Shown here: in pieces, positions 1-8,707 of the stretch | How the letters are laid out: each line of letters starts with the position of its first letter | Numbering within the stretch: the stretch's first letter is position 1 | Source of the DNA: Thermoanaerobaculia bacterium | GTDB taxonomy: Bacteria > Acidobacteriota > Thermoanaerobaculia > UBA5066 | NCBI GenBank assembly: GCA_963719225.1 | Contig: CAVRAY010000001.1 | Coordinates: 448,001 to 512,000 of the forward strand | DNA length: 64,000 bases | Reading direction: 5' to 3' | The notes under the pieces: model-generated | What the model was told of the DNA's origin: nothing | The model's database searches: none | Seen by the model: the letters and a program-made list of their open reading frames with translations, nothing else | Program-made: the position numbers and the translations under genes

Positions 1-156
1 AACGGCCGTGACGCCCACGATCGCCCCGCCGGATTCACGGGCCGCGGCGCCGACGGCGGCGGCGAAGGCCTTGGAGGACGAGTCGGGAGGGTCGGGAGCG
101 GGCGACGAGAGCGCGAGGGCGGCGAGTGCGACGCTGACGTGGAATCCTGCGTTCAT
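1..156 (-). CDS. 5' part of a secreted protein, possibly serine hydrolase/class A beta-lactamase-like; runs off the window
   Basis: ATG at 156 opens MNAGFHVSVALAALALSSPAPDPP...AARESGGAIVGVTAV, with a signal-peptide-like start and an open frame to the window edge. The family guess rests only on the GGxxVGV-like N-terminal strand. Confidence 0.4.
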   Translation of the reverse strand, partial: MNAGFHVSVALAALALSSPAPDPPDSSSKAFAAAVGAAARESGGAIVGVTAV

Positions 157-196
157 ATGGCGAGCGCCTAAGTCGCACCAGCCGGGCCCGATCGTC

Positions 197-2884
197 CTAT
201 TGGAAATACCCGTTGACGTCGATGATCACGTGAACGGCCCCAGGCGCGTCGTTCTTGACGTCGACGCGGCCGGTCCCGTCAGCCGCGAGCTCCACGATCG
301 CGTTGTTGGCGCGGGTCTGGCCCGCCCTGAAGTTGATGGTCGTCGCCGTTGGAAGCGGCGTGCCCGTCGCGAAGAGCTTCAGATCGCCCGCCGCGGCCGG
401 CTGAGTGACCGTGACGTTCATGGAAACGGCCTTGGCCGTGGATGGAATCGTGCACGGCCCGTTGGTGAGGACGAACGTGCGCTGTCCGGCGGCAGCGAGA
501 GCCGGCGCGTCCGCCGAGAAACGCGTATCGATCCGCCGGCAGGGCGGCGCGGCGACGAACGCGGTAGGACCGACGCAGGCCGTGTCGATCGGGATCGTGA
601 CCATCCCGCTGGACGTGCAGCCGGAGGCGACCTCGACGATGTCGAGCTTCACGGAGCCGGAGGGCCCGGCCATGAAGACGAGGGTCGGCGTTCCCTGACC
701 GCTCACGATCGTCCCGTTCGTCACGCTCCAGGTATACGTCGCTCCGGAACCCGCGGCCGGCACCGAGGCCGTGGCGTTCGAGCTCGCGCAGAGGCTAGCC
801 GGGGCGTTGATCGTGACGTTCTGGCTCGGGCCGATCGTGAGGGTCACGTTGGCCGTGGACGGGGAGCAGGGCGGATTCGAAATCGTCCAGGCGAGGACGA
901 TGGGGCCCGCGCCGCCGGTGTGCGTGAAAGTGGCGTTCGGCGTCGTGGCGTTCGGGCTGAACGTGCCGGTCCCGCCGCTCACGACGGTCCACGCGCCGGT
1001 GCCGACGGTCGGCGTATTGCCTCCGAGCCCCGCCGTGGTGCCGAGCGCGCAGATCGTCTGCGGGCCGCCCGTCGTCGCGGCCGTCGGCGGTTGTCTGATC
1101 GTGATCGTGACGTTCGCGACGGACGGAGCGCACGGCGCGTTCGAGATCGTCCAGGCGAGAACGACGGGGCCCGCGCCGGTCGCGTGTGTGAACGTGGCGT
1201 TCAGCGTCGTGGCGTTCGGGGAGAACGTGCCCGTGCCGCCGCTGGCGACGGACCACGTGCCCGTGCCGACGGTCGGCGTGTTGCCCCCGAGCCCCGCCGT
1301 GGTGCCGAGCGCGCAGATCGTCTGCGGGCCGCCCGCCGTGGCCATCGTCGGCGGCTGGCTCACCGTGACCACGACATCGGCGGTTGCGTCGGTGCAAGGC
1401 GGATTCGAGACGGTCCAGCGCAACGTGATCGGGCCCGTGCCGGTTGCGTGCGTGAACGTGGCGTTCGGCGTCGTCGTGTTCGGGGAGAACGTGCCCGTGC
1501 CGCCGCTCACGACCGACCAGGCGCCCGTCCCGACGCTTGGCGTATTGCCGCCGAGGCCCGCCGTGGTGCCGAGGGCGCAGATCGTCTGGGGACCGCCGGC
1601 CGTCGCAACGGGCACCGCAGCGATCGTCACGGAAGTCGGAGCGGACGCATTCGACGTGCAGCCGGCATTCGTACCGGTGACCGTGTAAGAGCCCGTGTCG
1701 CCCGTGACCGCCGTCTTCGTGTACGTCGCCGACGTGGCCCCGCCGATCGCGATGCTGTTGCGATACCACTGGTAGGACGCCCAGCCCCCGCTCGCCGTGA
1801 GCGTCAGGGTCGTGCCAGCGCACTGGGTGCCGCCGCCGGTGATCGTCGGAACCGTGACGACGCAGTCGACGAGGAGCTGTCCGATCTGCGTCGGGCTGTT
1901 GTCGCGCTCGGTAAACCAGAGCGCCCGGTCGGGTCCGAGGGCGATCCCGTAGGGGCCGGCGAGGCCCGTGGTCGTGTACTCGGTGATCGTCCCGGACGTC
2001 GTGACCCGCGCGATCATGCCGCCCGCTCCGCCGTTGTTCTCCGTGAACCACAGCGCGCCGTCGGGGCCGGACACGATACGGAAGGGCGTCGCCGTCGGTG
2101 TCGCGTACTCGGTGATGTCCGTCGGGAGAGCGGCGGAGGTCGCCATAACGCCGACCTTGTTTCCGCTGAACTCGACGAACCAGATCCGGCCGTCCGGTCC
2201 GACGGTGATGCCCGCGGGATTACCGCCCGCCGTGGGCGTGCTGATGCGCTTCACGATCGAGCCGCTCGTGTCCATGACGCCGATCGAGCTCGTCGCGTCC
2301 CGGTCGGCGAACCAGAGGTTTCCGTCCGGCCCGGCGACGATCCCGAGCGGAGTCGCGCTTGGAACACCGACCGAAAACTCCGTGACGACGCCGAGCGTCG
2401 TAATCCGTGCGATCGCGTTGTTGTTCCGTTCGGTGAACCAGAGGTTGCCGTCCGGTCCCGTGCTGATTCCGAAGGGGCTGGCGCCTGCCGTGATGCCTGT
2501 CGTGAAATGGGTGACCGAGCCGCCCGCCGGAAACGTCGTCGTGTCGACGCGGCCGATGGAGGCGGGACTGCCCGATTCGACGAACCACATGGCGAGGTCG
2601 GGGCCAGCCACGATTCCGATCGGCCTGCTCGTGTCGGGAAGCACGAATTCCGTGAGCGTCCCGGCCGGCGTGATCCGGCCGATCTTCGAGGTGCCCGCGC
2701 TCCCGTCGCCGTTGACGGTGTACCAGATGTTTCCGTCGGGGCCCGCCGCGATGTCGAGCGGCTGGATGTCCGCGCCGAGAGGAAACTGATTGATCGTGCT
2801 CTGCGCCGCGAGCGGGAAGGTCCCCGCGACGCACATGAGCGCCATGAAGGTCCCGGCACGGCTGATGGATCGGAAAGGGCTCAT
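197..2884 (-). CDS. Secreted multidomain surface protein: Vgb-like beta-propeller, Ig-like domain, three ~88-aa repeats and a C-terminal DVxGYF domain
   Basis: 895-aa ORF with a signal peptide (ending PLAA-QST), seven PxGIxxGPDGxxWF blade repeats, Thr/Gly-rich tandem repeats and a C-terminal PCRxxDTR...HVIIDVNGYFQ. Confidence 0.85.
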   Translation of the reverse strand: MSPFRSISRAGTFMALMCVAGTFPLAAQSTINQFPLGADIQPLDIAAGPDGNIWYTVNGDGSAGTSKIGRITPAGTLTEFVLPDTSRPIGIVAGPDLAMWFVESGSPASIGRVDTTTFPAGGSVTHFTTGITAGASPFGISTGPDGNLWFTERNNNAIARITTLGVVTEFSVGVPSATPLGIVAGPDGNLWFADRDATSSIGVMDTSGSIVKRISTPTAGGNPAGITVGPDGRIWFVEFSGNKVGVMATSAALPTDITEYATPTATPFRIVSGPDGALWFTENNGGAGGMIARVTTSGTITEYTTTGLAGPYGIALGPDRALWFTERDNSPTQIGQLLVDCVVTVPTITGGGTQCAGTTLTLTASGGWASYQWYRNSIAIGGATSATYTKTAVTGDTGSYTVTGTNAGCTSNASAPTSVTIAAVPVATAGGPQTICALGTTAGLGGNTPSVGTGAWSVVSGGTGTFSPNTTTPNATFTHATGTGPITLRWTVSNPPCTDATADVVVTVSQPPTMATAGGPQTICALGTTAGLGGNTPTVGTGTWSVASGGTGTFSPNATTLNATFTHATGAGPVVLAWTISNAPCAPSVANVTITIRQPPTAATTGGPQTICALGTTAGLGGNTPTVGTGAWTVVSGGTGTFSPNATTPNATFTHTGGAGPIVLAWTISNPPCSPSTANVTLTIGPSQNVTINAPASLCASSNATASVPAAGSGATYTWSVTNGTIVSGQGTPTLVFMAGPSGSVKLDIVEVASGCTSSGMVTIPIDTACVGPTAFVAAPPCRRIDTRFSADAPALAAAGQRTFVLTNGPCTIPSTAKAVSMNVTVTQPAAAGDLKLFATGTPLPTATTINFRAGQTRANNAIVELAADGTGRVDVKNDAPGAVHVIIDVNGYFQ
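830..1606 (-). repeat. Three tandem ~264-bp intragenic repeats (GGPQTICALGTTAGLGGNTP...SNPPC)
   Basis: Near-identical 'atcgtctg(c/g)gg(g/a)ccgcc' anchors at about 1053, 1317 and 1581, a 264-bp period. The translations are nearly identical. Confidence 0.9.
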
Positions 2885-2982
2885 GAGATCTCCCTCCGGG
2901 GGAAAGTGTTCAAGGAGCTTATACGAAAACTCGACATGGGGGGTGGCCGAAACGGGATCGAAAGAGGGCCGGGCTTTTGGTG

Positions 2983-4059
2983 TCAGGAGAGGCCGGTGAG
3001 CGACTCCACGAGGTAGCGCGCCTGAGGCGCCGGGGCGCAGATCGAATCGAAGAACTCGCGCCCGTTCACCGCGATCCGTTCCCGCTCCTCGTCATGCTCG
3101 AGGTAGTAGGAGACCTTCTCCTCGAGATCGCTCAGGTCGCTGTCGAAGAAGACGGCGTGGTGACCGTCGACGAAAGGTTCTCGCGTGAGATTGATCGGCC
3201 GCTCGACGAGCGCGAAACGCCGGAGCGCGAGGTGCTCGCCCATTCGCCACGAGAAGCAGTCCTTGACGCCGTGCGTCACCAGGCTCATGTGAGCGCCGGC
3301 GACGTCGCGCAGGTAGCCCCGGCGGCCGGATTCCGTGGGGAGGACGTACTCCGGAAAGTGCGCGCGCGCATGCGGAGTGCCGACGAACCCGTAGGCCATC
3401 CGGTACGTCGTCCGGGATCGGATCCGGTCGAGGATCTTCATGACCTCGAGCCGCTCGGCCGTCGCGTGGTCGCTGCGCCACGCGGACACCTTCCAGAAGA
3501 AATCACGGGTGCGCTCGGGGTGGTTCGCGAAGGCGTCCGTGTATTCCTCGAGGAACGGAAAGCGCAGCGACGCGGCGAATGTTCTGAGGCCGAAGGGAAA
3601 ATCCTCCCTCACGAGCGGCAAGCCCGAGGCTCCGCACAGGAGAGCGGCGCGAGCCGCGCGCAGCCCGTCCACGGGGAGACGCGCGGCCCGGACGAGACGG
3701 ATCGGGAACCAGAACGCGAGGGGGTGGATCTTGGAGCGGACGGCGGAAGGCGCGTGAGCATCGAGATGGGCCGGGTTGTAGTTGAACTTGAAATACGCGT
3801 CCGCAAGTTCGAGCGCCGGCATGTTCAGCTCCTCGAAACCGTCGCGCAGCTCGAGGAAACCGACGCGGCGGCGATCGAGCCCTCCCCCTTCCACCGTGAA
3901 GGTGAGGGATCCCCAGCCGCCGATTTCGTGCGGCACCGGCGAGTTGCGACCGCGCGCGAAACGGAGTTCGATCTCGCCGCGCCGGGCGAGATCCTGGAAT
4001 CCGAGAACCCAGAAATAGAACTCCCAGGTCGTGTTGTCGTAGACCGTGACCGAGAACAT
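2983..4059 (-). CDS. Glycosyltransferase, CgeB/Glyco_trans_1_2-like
   Basis: C-terminal FVDGHHAVFFDSDLSDLEEKVSYYLEHDEERERIAVNGRE is typical of this family. Start placed at MFSVTVYDN (ATG 4059); the ORF track starts at 4125. Confidence 0.7.
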   Translation of the reverse strand: MFSVTVYDNTTWEFYFWVLGFQDLARRGEIELRFARGRNSPVPHEIGGWGSLTFTVEGGGLDRRRVGFLELRDGFEELNMPALELADAYFKFNYNPAHLDAHAPSAVRSKIHPLAFWFPIRLVRAARLPVDGLRAARAALLCGASGLPLVREDFPFGLRTFAASLRFPFLEEYTDAFANHPERTRDFFWKVSAWRSDHATAERLEVMKILDRIRSRTTYRMAYGFVGTPHARAHFPEYVLPTESGRRGYLRDVAGAHMSLVTHGVKDCFSWRMGEHLALRRFALVERPINLTREPFVDGHHAVFFDSDLSDLEEKVSYYLEHDEERERIAVNGREFFDSICAPAPQARYLVESLTGLS

Positions 4060-4225
4060 CGCGCTCCTTCGGGCTCCGGGAAGAAGTGAGTGTAGAGCAC
4101 GGGCCCTGTCCCGATGGACAGTCAACCCTGTCCTTTTGCTCCTGTCCTTTTTTGATGCACTCGACCAGTAGTTCGATGCGGACGTGCGTCCCTAGGCTGT
4201 TGAAGTCCAAGGGAGTCCGCTCAAA

Positions 4226-6805
4226 ATGGTTCGAAGCCAGCGCTTCTTCTCCGTCATCTTCGCCCTCGTTGCGATCGGGTTCGCATCGGGTCGGGTCTTC
4301 GCGGCCGACTTCTACGCATCGCCGACGGGGACGACGAGCACGGCGGCGGGCACCGGCAGCCTTTCGAACCCATGGGCTCTCGCCACGGCGCTCGCGCATC
4401 CGGCGGCCGTTCAGCCGGGGGACACCATCTGGCTTCGCGGAGGTACGTACACGGGCCGCGTGTCGAGCTCCCTGACGGGCACGGCCGTGGCGCCCATCAA
4501 GGTGCGGCCTTATCAGAGCGAGCGCGCGAAGCTCGACGGCGGCCCGGGGCCGCTCGTCGCGACGCTCACGGTCTACGGCCAGTACACGTGGTACTGGGGC
4601 TTCGAGGTCTTCTCCTCCGAGCCCAACCGGCGCTCGACGCAGGACGGCTCGTGGCCCACGGATCTCAATCGCGGCTCGTGCGTCGGGATCGCGCAGGACA
4701 TCCCACACGTCGGGATCCGGCTCATCAACCTCGTCCTCCACGACGGGACCGACGCGATCGGGAGCTTCCAGAGCCACCAGGACGGCGAGATCTACGGCAA
4801 CCTCATCTTCAACAACGGCTGGAACGGCGCCACGGACCGCGGCCACGGCCACGGCCTGTACGTCCAGAACCAGGCCGGCACCAAGAAGATCTCGGACAAC
4901 GTGATCTTCAACCAGTACGGCGGCGGGATGCAGATCTACGGCTCTGCGGCGGCTTATCTCGACAACATCCAGGTGACGGGCAACACGATCTTCTCCGCCG
5001 GCTGGCCGTCCGCCTACGGGTGCGACCGCAACTTCCTCTTCGGAGGCGACCGAATCGCCACGAACGGAACGGTCGTCTCGAACTCCTTCTATTACCCCGA
5101 CTCCTTCGGCGCCTGCACGTCCGGCGGCTCGAACATCGGCTACAACGCCGGCGTGTCGAACTTCACCATCCAGAACAACTGGTTCGCGAACGGCGACGGC
5201 GGAATCTCGTCGTACTTCTTCGGCGCGATCACCGGCCTCACGATGACGGGCAACCACTTCCTCCAGGACATCTCGGGCGTCGTCGCGCCGGCGTCGTATC
5301 CGTCGAACACCTATCACGGCACCACGAAACCCACCGGGACGTACGTTTACGTTCGGCCGAACGCTTACGAGATTGGGCGCGCGAACATCACGGTCTTCAA
5401 CTGGGACAAGAAGAGCACCGTCGCCGCGGACTTGAGCGCGGCGCTCGCCGTGGGACAGGCGTTCGAGGTGAGGAACGCGCAGGACTTCTTCGGTGCGCCG
5501 GTCCTCACGGGCACGTACGCCGGCGGCTCGATCACCTTGCCGATGTCGGGGCTGACGGTCGCGGCTCCGATCGGCGGGATCGCTCCGCCTCCCACCGGGC
5601 CCGAATTCAACGTCTTCGTCGTGCTCCCTCTCGCGGGCGCGCCCACGTGCTCCTTCACGCTCGGGGCGCTGTCGGCGTCGACGGCGGGCTCGGGCGGGAC
5701 GGGGAGCGACTCCGTGTCGACCGGCGCCACGTGCGGGTGGGCGGCGACGAGCAACGCGGCGTGGCTCACGATCTCGGGCGGCGCCTCGGGCATGGGCAAC
5801 GGCTCGGTCAACTATTCGGTCGCGGCGAACCCGAACTGCACCTCCCGCTCCGGATCGCTCACGATCGCGGGCCAGACGTTCATGGTCACGCAGAGCGCCG
5901 GCAGCCCCTCGGCCTCGATCAGCCCGACGGCGGCGACCACGGGTGCGGGCGCCGGCGGCGGCTCGATCGCCGTGACGATCGGTACGGGCTGCGCCTGGAC
6001 GGCGACGAGCAACGCGGCGTGGCTCACGATCTCGGGCGGCGCCTCGGGCATGGGCAACGGAAGCGTGACCTATTCGGTAGCCTCCAATCCGACCTGCACC
6101 TCCCGTTCCGGTTCGCTCACGGTGGCCGGGAAGACCTTCACCGTCACGCAGAGCGCCGGCAGTGCGACGGCCTCGATCAGCCCGACAGCCACCTCGGTGG
6201 GCGCGGGCGCGAGCGGCGGCTCGGTCGCCGTCACGATCGGCACGGGCTGCGCGTGGACGGCCTCGAGCAATGCGGCGTGGCTCACGGTCTCCGGCGGCGG
6301 CACGGGCAACGGCACGGCGACGTACACCGTCGCGTCCAACAGCGGGTGCGCGCGCACCGGCACGTTGACGGTCGCCGGCCGGACGTTCACGGTGAGCCAG
6401 TCCGCGGGCGCGTCGTGCAGCGGCGCGTCCGGGTTCTACCCGGTGACGCCCTGCCGCGCGATCGACACGCGCCAGGCGACGGGCCCGCTGGGCGGGCCGA
6501 TCCTCGCGGCCGGAGCGCGGCGCGTCTTCCCGATCACCACCTCGGTCTGCGGAGTGCCTTCGACGGCGAAGTCCATCGCGGTCACGGTGACCGCCGTCCG
6601 ACCCGCGGCGAACGGCACGCTTCACGCCTACCCGGGAGACCTCGCTCCCACGGCGGCCTCGATCCTGAGCTTCCGGAAGAACCGCACGCAGGCGGCGACC
6701 GCGCTGCTCCTCCTCGCGACCGATGGCTCCGGTGGCCTCGGGGTCCAGAACGAGTCGACGGGGACGCTGGACGTCATCGTGGACGTGAGCGGCTACTTCA
6801 GGTAG
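4226..6805 (+). CDS. Secreted right-handed parallel beta-helix protein (paralogue 1) with three BACON-like repeats and a C-terminal DVxGYF domain
   Basis: Signal peptide; FYASPTG...GSxxNPW...PGDTIWLRGGTY N-terminus typical of pectate-lyase-like beta-helices; Asn-rich coils (GNLIFNNG, DNVIF); CxWxAxSNAAWLT...GNG...RSGxLTxAG repeats. Confidence 0.85.
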   Translation: MVRSQRFFSVIFALVAIGFASGRVFAADFYASPTGTTSTAAGTGSLSNPWALATALAHPAAVQPGDTIWLRGGTYTGRVSSSLTGTAVAPIKVRPYQSERAKLDGGPGPLVATLTVYGQYTWYWGFEVFSSEPNRRSTQDGSWPTDLNRGSCVGIAQDIPHVGIRLINLVLHDGTDAIGSFQSHQDGEIYGNLIFNNGWNGATDRGHGHGLYVQNQAGTKKISDNVIFNQYGGGMQIYGSAAAYLDNIQVTGNTIFSAGWPSAYGCDRNFLFGGDRIATNGTVVSNSFYYPDSFGACTSGGSNIGYNAGVSNFTIQNNWFANGDGGISSYFFGAITGLTMTGNHFLQDISGVVAPASYPSNTYHGTTKPTGTYVYVRPNAYEIGRANITVFNWDKKSTVAADLSAALAVGQAFEVRNAQDFFGAPVLTGTYAGGSITLPMSGLTVAAPIGGIAPPPTGPEFNVFVVLPLAGAPTCSFTLGALSASTAGSGGTGSDSVSTGATCGWAATSNAAWLTISGGASGMGNGSVNYSVAANPNCTSRSGSLTIAGQTFMVTQSAGSPSASISPTAATTGAGAGGGSIAVTIGTGCAWTATSNAAWLTISGGASGMGNGSVTYSVASNPTCTSRSGSLTVAGKTFTVTQSAGSATASISPTATSVGAGASGGSVAVTIGTGCAWTASSNAAWLTVSGGGTGNGTATYTVASNSGCARTGTLTVAGRTFTVSQSAGASCSGASGFYPVTPCRAIDTRQATGPLGGPILAAGARRVFPITTSVCGVPSTAKSIAVTVTAVRPAANGTLHAYPGDLAPTAASILSFRKNRTQAATALLLLATDGSGGLGVQNESTGTLDVIVDVSGYFR
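5647..6415 (+). repeat. Three tandem ~258-bp BACON-like domain repeats
   Basis: An identical ~60-bp stretch ggcgacgagcaacgcggcgtggctcacgatctcgggcggcgcctcgggcatgggcaacgg starts at 5743 and 6001. A diverged third copy lies at about 6259. Confidence 0.9.
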
Positions 6806-6873
6806 GCCCTCCGCCGCCGGCCGGTCCGAAAAACGATACCTCTCCGGGCACAGTCATAGTACGATTTCCGATA

Positions 6874-8673
6874 ATGGTCCCCCGGAGTATTCGCTGGTGG
6901 TGTGCCCTTGGGGTGCTCGCGGCCGCGACGCACGCGCCCGCGGCCGATTTCTACGTCGCGACGAACGGGACGTCGAGCACGGCGGCCGGCACCGGCACGC
7001 TCGGCAACCCCTGGAGCCTCGCGACGGCCTTCTCGGCGCCGGCGGCTGTGCACCCGGGCGACTCGGTCTGGCTTCGTGGCGGGACGTACCGGGGACGCTT
7101 CCGGAGTCTTCTCACCGGCTCACCGCTCGCTTCGATCCGCGTGCGGCCTTACCCGGGCGAGCGGGCGCTCCTCGACGGCGGCCCAGGGCCGATCCAGCCG
7201 ACGCTGACGATTTCGGGCCAGTACACGTGGTACCAGGGACTCGAGATCTTCTCGTCGGATCCCGATCGCCGATCGAGCCAGAACGGCTCCGCGCCGTCAG
7301 ATCTGAACCGGGGCTCGTGCGTCGGGATCGCCCAGGACGCGCCGCATGTCGGCATCAAGCTCATCAACATGATCCTGCACGACGGCACCGACGGGATCGG
7401 ATCGTTCGAAAGCCACCAGGACGCGGAGATTTACGGAAACCTCATCTTCAACAACGGGTGGGACGGCGCGACGGATCGATCCCACGGCAACGGCATCTAC
7501 GCCCAGAACATCACGGGAAACAAGCGAATCGCCGACAACCTCGTCTTCGACAACTACGCCGAGGGGTTTCAGATCTACGGCAGCGCGGTCGCGTTCCTCG
7601 ACAACATCGAGGTGACGGGGAACGCGATCTTCTCGAACGGGTCCCCGTCCGTTTTCGGCTGCAGCCGCAACCTCCTCTTCGGGGGAGACACCATCGCGAA
7701 CAACGGGCAAATTCTCTCGAACATCGTCTACCTCGCTCCCTCGGGAGGTTCCTGCACCGTCGGGGGCTCGAACGTCGGGTACAACGCCGGCGCGAACTCC
7801 TTCATGATCCTGAACAACTGGTTCTCGAACGGCGACGGCGGCTTTGCCGCCTATTTCATCGGGTCGATCACGAATCTCACGATGACGGGGAACGACTTCG
7901 TTCGCGACATCTCGGGTGTGGTCAATCCGGCTTCGTTTCCCGCGAACACGTATCACCACGGCGCACGGCCGACCGGGACGAAAGTATTCGTGCGTTCGAA
8001 CGCGTACGAGCCGGGCCGGGCGAATATCGTCGTCTTCAACTGGGGCCTGCTTCCGAAGGTGAACGTGGACGTCAGCGCCGTCCTCGTCGCCGGCTCGCTC
8101 TTCGAGGTCCGGAACGCGCAGAATTTCTTCGGTCCGCCGGTTCTGAGCGGCGTCTATTCGGGAGGGACGCTCTCTCTGCCGATGTCGGGGCTGTCGGTCG
8201 CGGGACCGATCGGGGGCCGGACGCCGCCCCCGACGGGTCCCGAGTTCAACGCGTTCGTTCTCCTCTCGATCGCGGCCGGCGCGCCTCCATCGGCCAGCGC
8301 GTTCTTCCCGGTCACACCCTGCCGCGTCCTGGACACGCGCGGCGCCGTCGGTCCAAAGGGGGGGCCGGCGCTCGGGGCGTTCGGCGTCCGCGTCCTTCCG
8401 GTCCTGACGTCCGGCTGCGGGGTCCCTTCCGGGGCCAAGGCCGTCGCGGTCAACGTGACGGCGGTGTCCCCGACTGCGGCCGGGGAATTCCAGACCTTCC
8501 CGGGCGACCTCCTTCCGGGGACGGCCGCGGTCGTCTCCTTCCGCGCGGGCAGGACTCGGGCCGTGGGCGCGGTCGCGCGGCTCGCGACGGACGGATCCGG
8601 GACTCTCGGAATCCTAAACGATTCGCCGGCGCCGACACACGCGGTCGTGGACGTCAGCGGCTACTTCAAATAG
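6874..8673 (+). CDS. Secreted beta-helix protein (paralogue 2) with a C-terminal DVxGYF domain
   Basis: Real part of ORF 4372..8673, starting at ATG 6874 (MVPRSIRWWCALGVLAAATHAPAADFYV). Collinear with paralogue 1 and ends HAVVDVSGYFK. Confidence 0.85.
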   Translation: MVPRSIRWWCALGVLAAATHAPAADFYVATNGTSSTAAGTGTLGNPWSLATAFSAPAAVHPGDSVWLRGGTYRGRFRSLLTGSPLASIRVRPYPGERALLDGGPGPIQPTLTISGQYTWYQGLEIFSSDPDRRSSQNGSAPSDLNRGSCVGIAQDAPHVGIKLINMILHDGTDGIGSFESHQDAEIYGNLIFNNGWDGATDRSHGNGIYAQNITGNKRIADNLVFDNYAEGFQIYGSAVAFLDNIEVTGNAIFSNGSPSVFGCSRNLLFGGDTIANNGQILSNIVYLAPSGGSCTVGGSNVGYNAGANSFMILNNWFSNGDGGFAAYFIGSITNLTMTGNDFVRDISGVVNPASFPANTYHHGARPTGTKVFVRSNAYEPGRANIVVFNWGLLPKVNVDVSAVLVAGSLFEVRNAQNFFGPPVLSGVYSGGTLSLPMSGLSVAGPIGGRTPPPTGPEFNAFVLLSIAAGAPPSASAFFPVTPCRVLDTRGAVGPKGGPALGAFGVRVLPVLTSGCGVPSGAKAVAVNVTAVSPTAAGEFQTFPGDLLPGTAAVVSFRAGRTRAVGAVARLATDGSGTLGILNDSPAPTHAVVDVSGYFK

Positions 8674-8707
8674 GAATTCTCGTCCGGACAATGGAGCCGA
8701 AGGCACG

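Noticed and set aside
1890-2800. Virginiamycin B lyase as a self-resistance gene for the NRPS
   Set aside because: Only the propeller repeat pattern is shared. The protein is secreted and multidomain, so no resistance function can be supported.
8-3016. Long Arg/Gly/Ala-rich ORFs such as 8..3016(+), 3503..6625(-), 13032..16022(+), 18930..24386(-) and 22412..25024(+)
   Set aside because: Shadow frames of real genes in high-GC DNA. They have no motifs and a biased composition.
830-6415. Tandem repeats as a CRISPR array or mobile element
   Set aside because: The units are 258-264 bp, in frame and coding, with no spacers, cas genes or transposase.
4372-8673. Apparent 1433-aa protein, and similarly 13392..18269, 31832..34810, 35213..38260 and 50335..52914 at full length
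   Set aside because: The N-terminal parts are off-frame or antisense read-through of neighbouring genes. Only the C-terminal parts are real.
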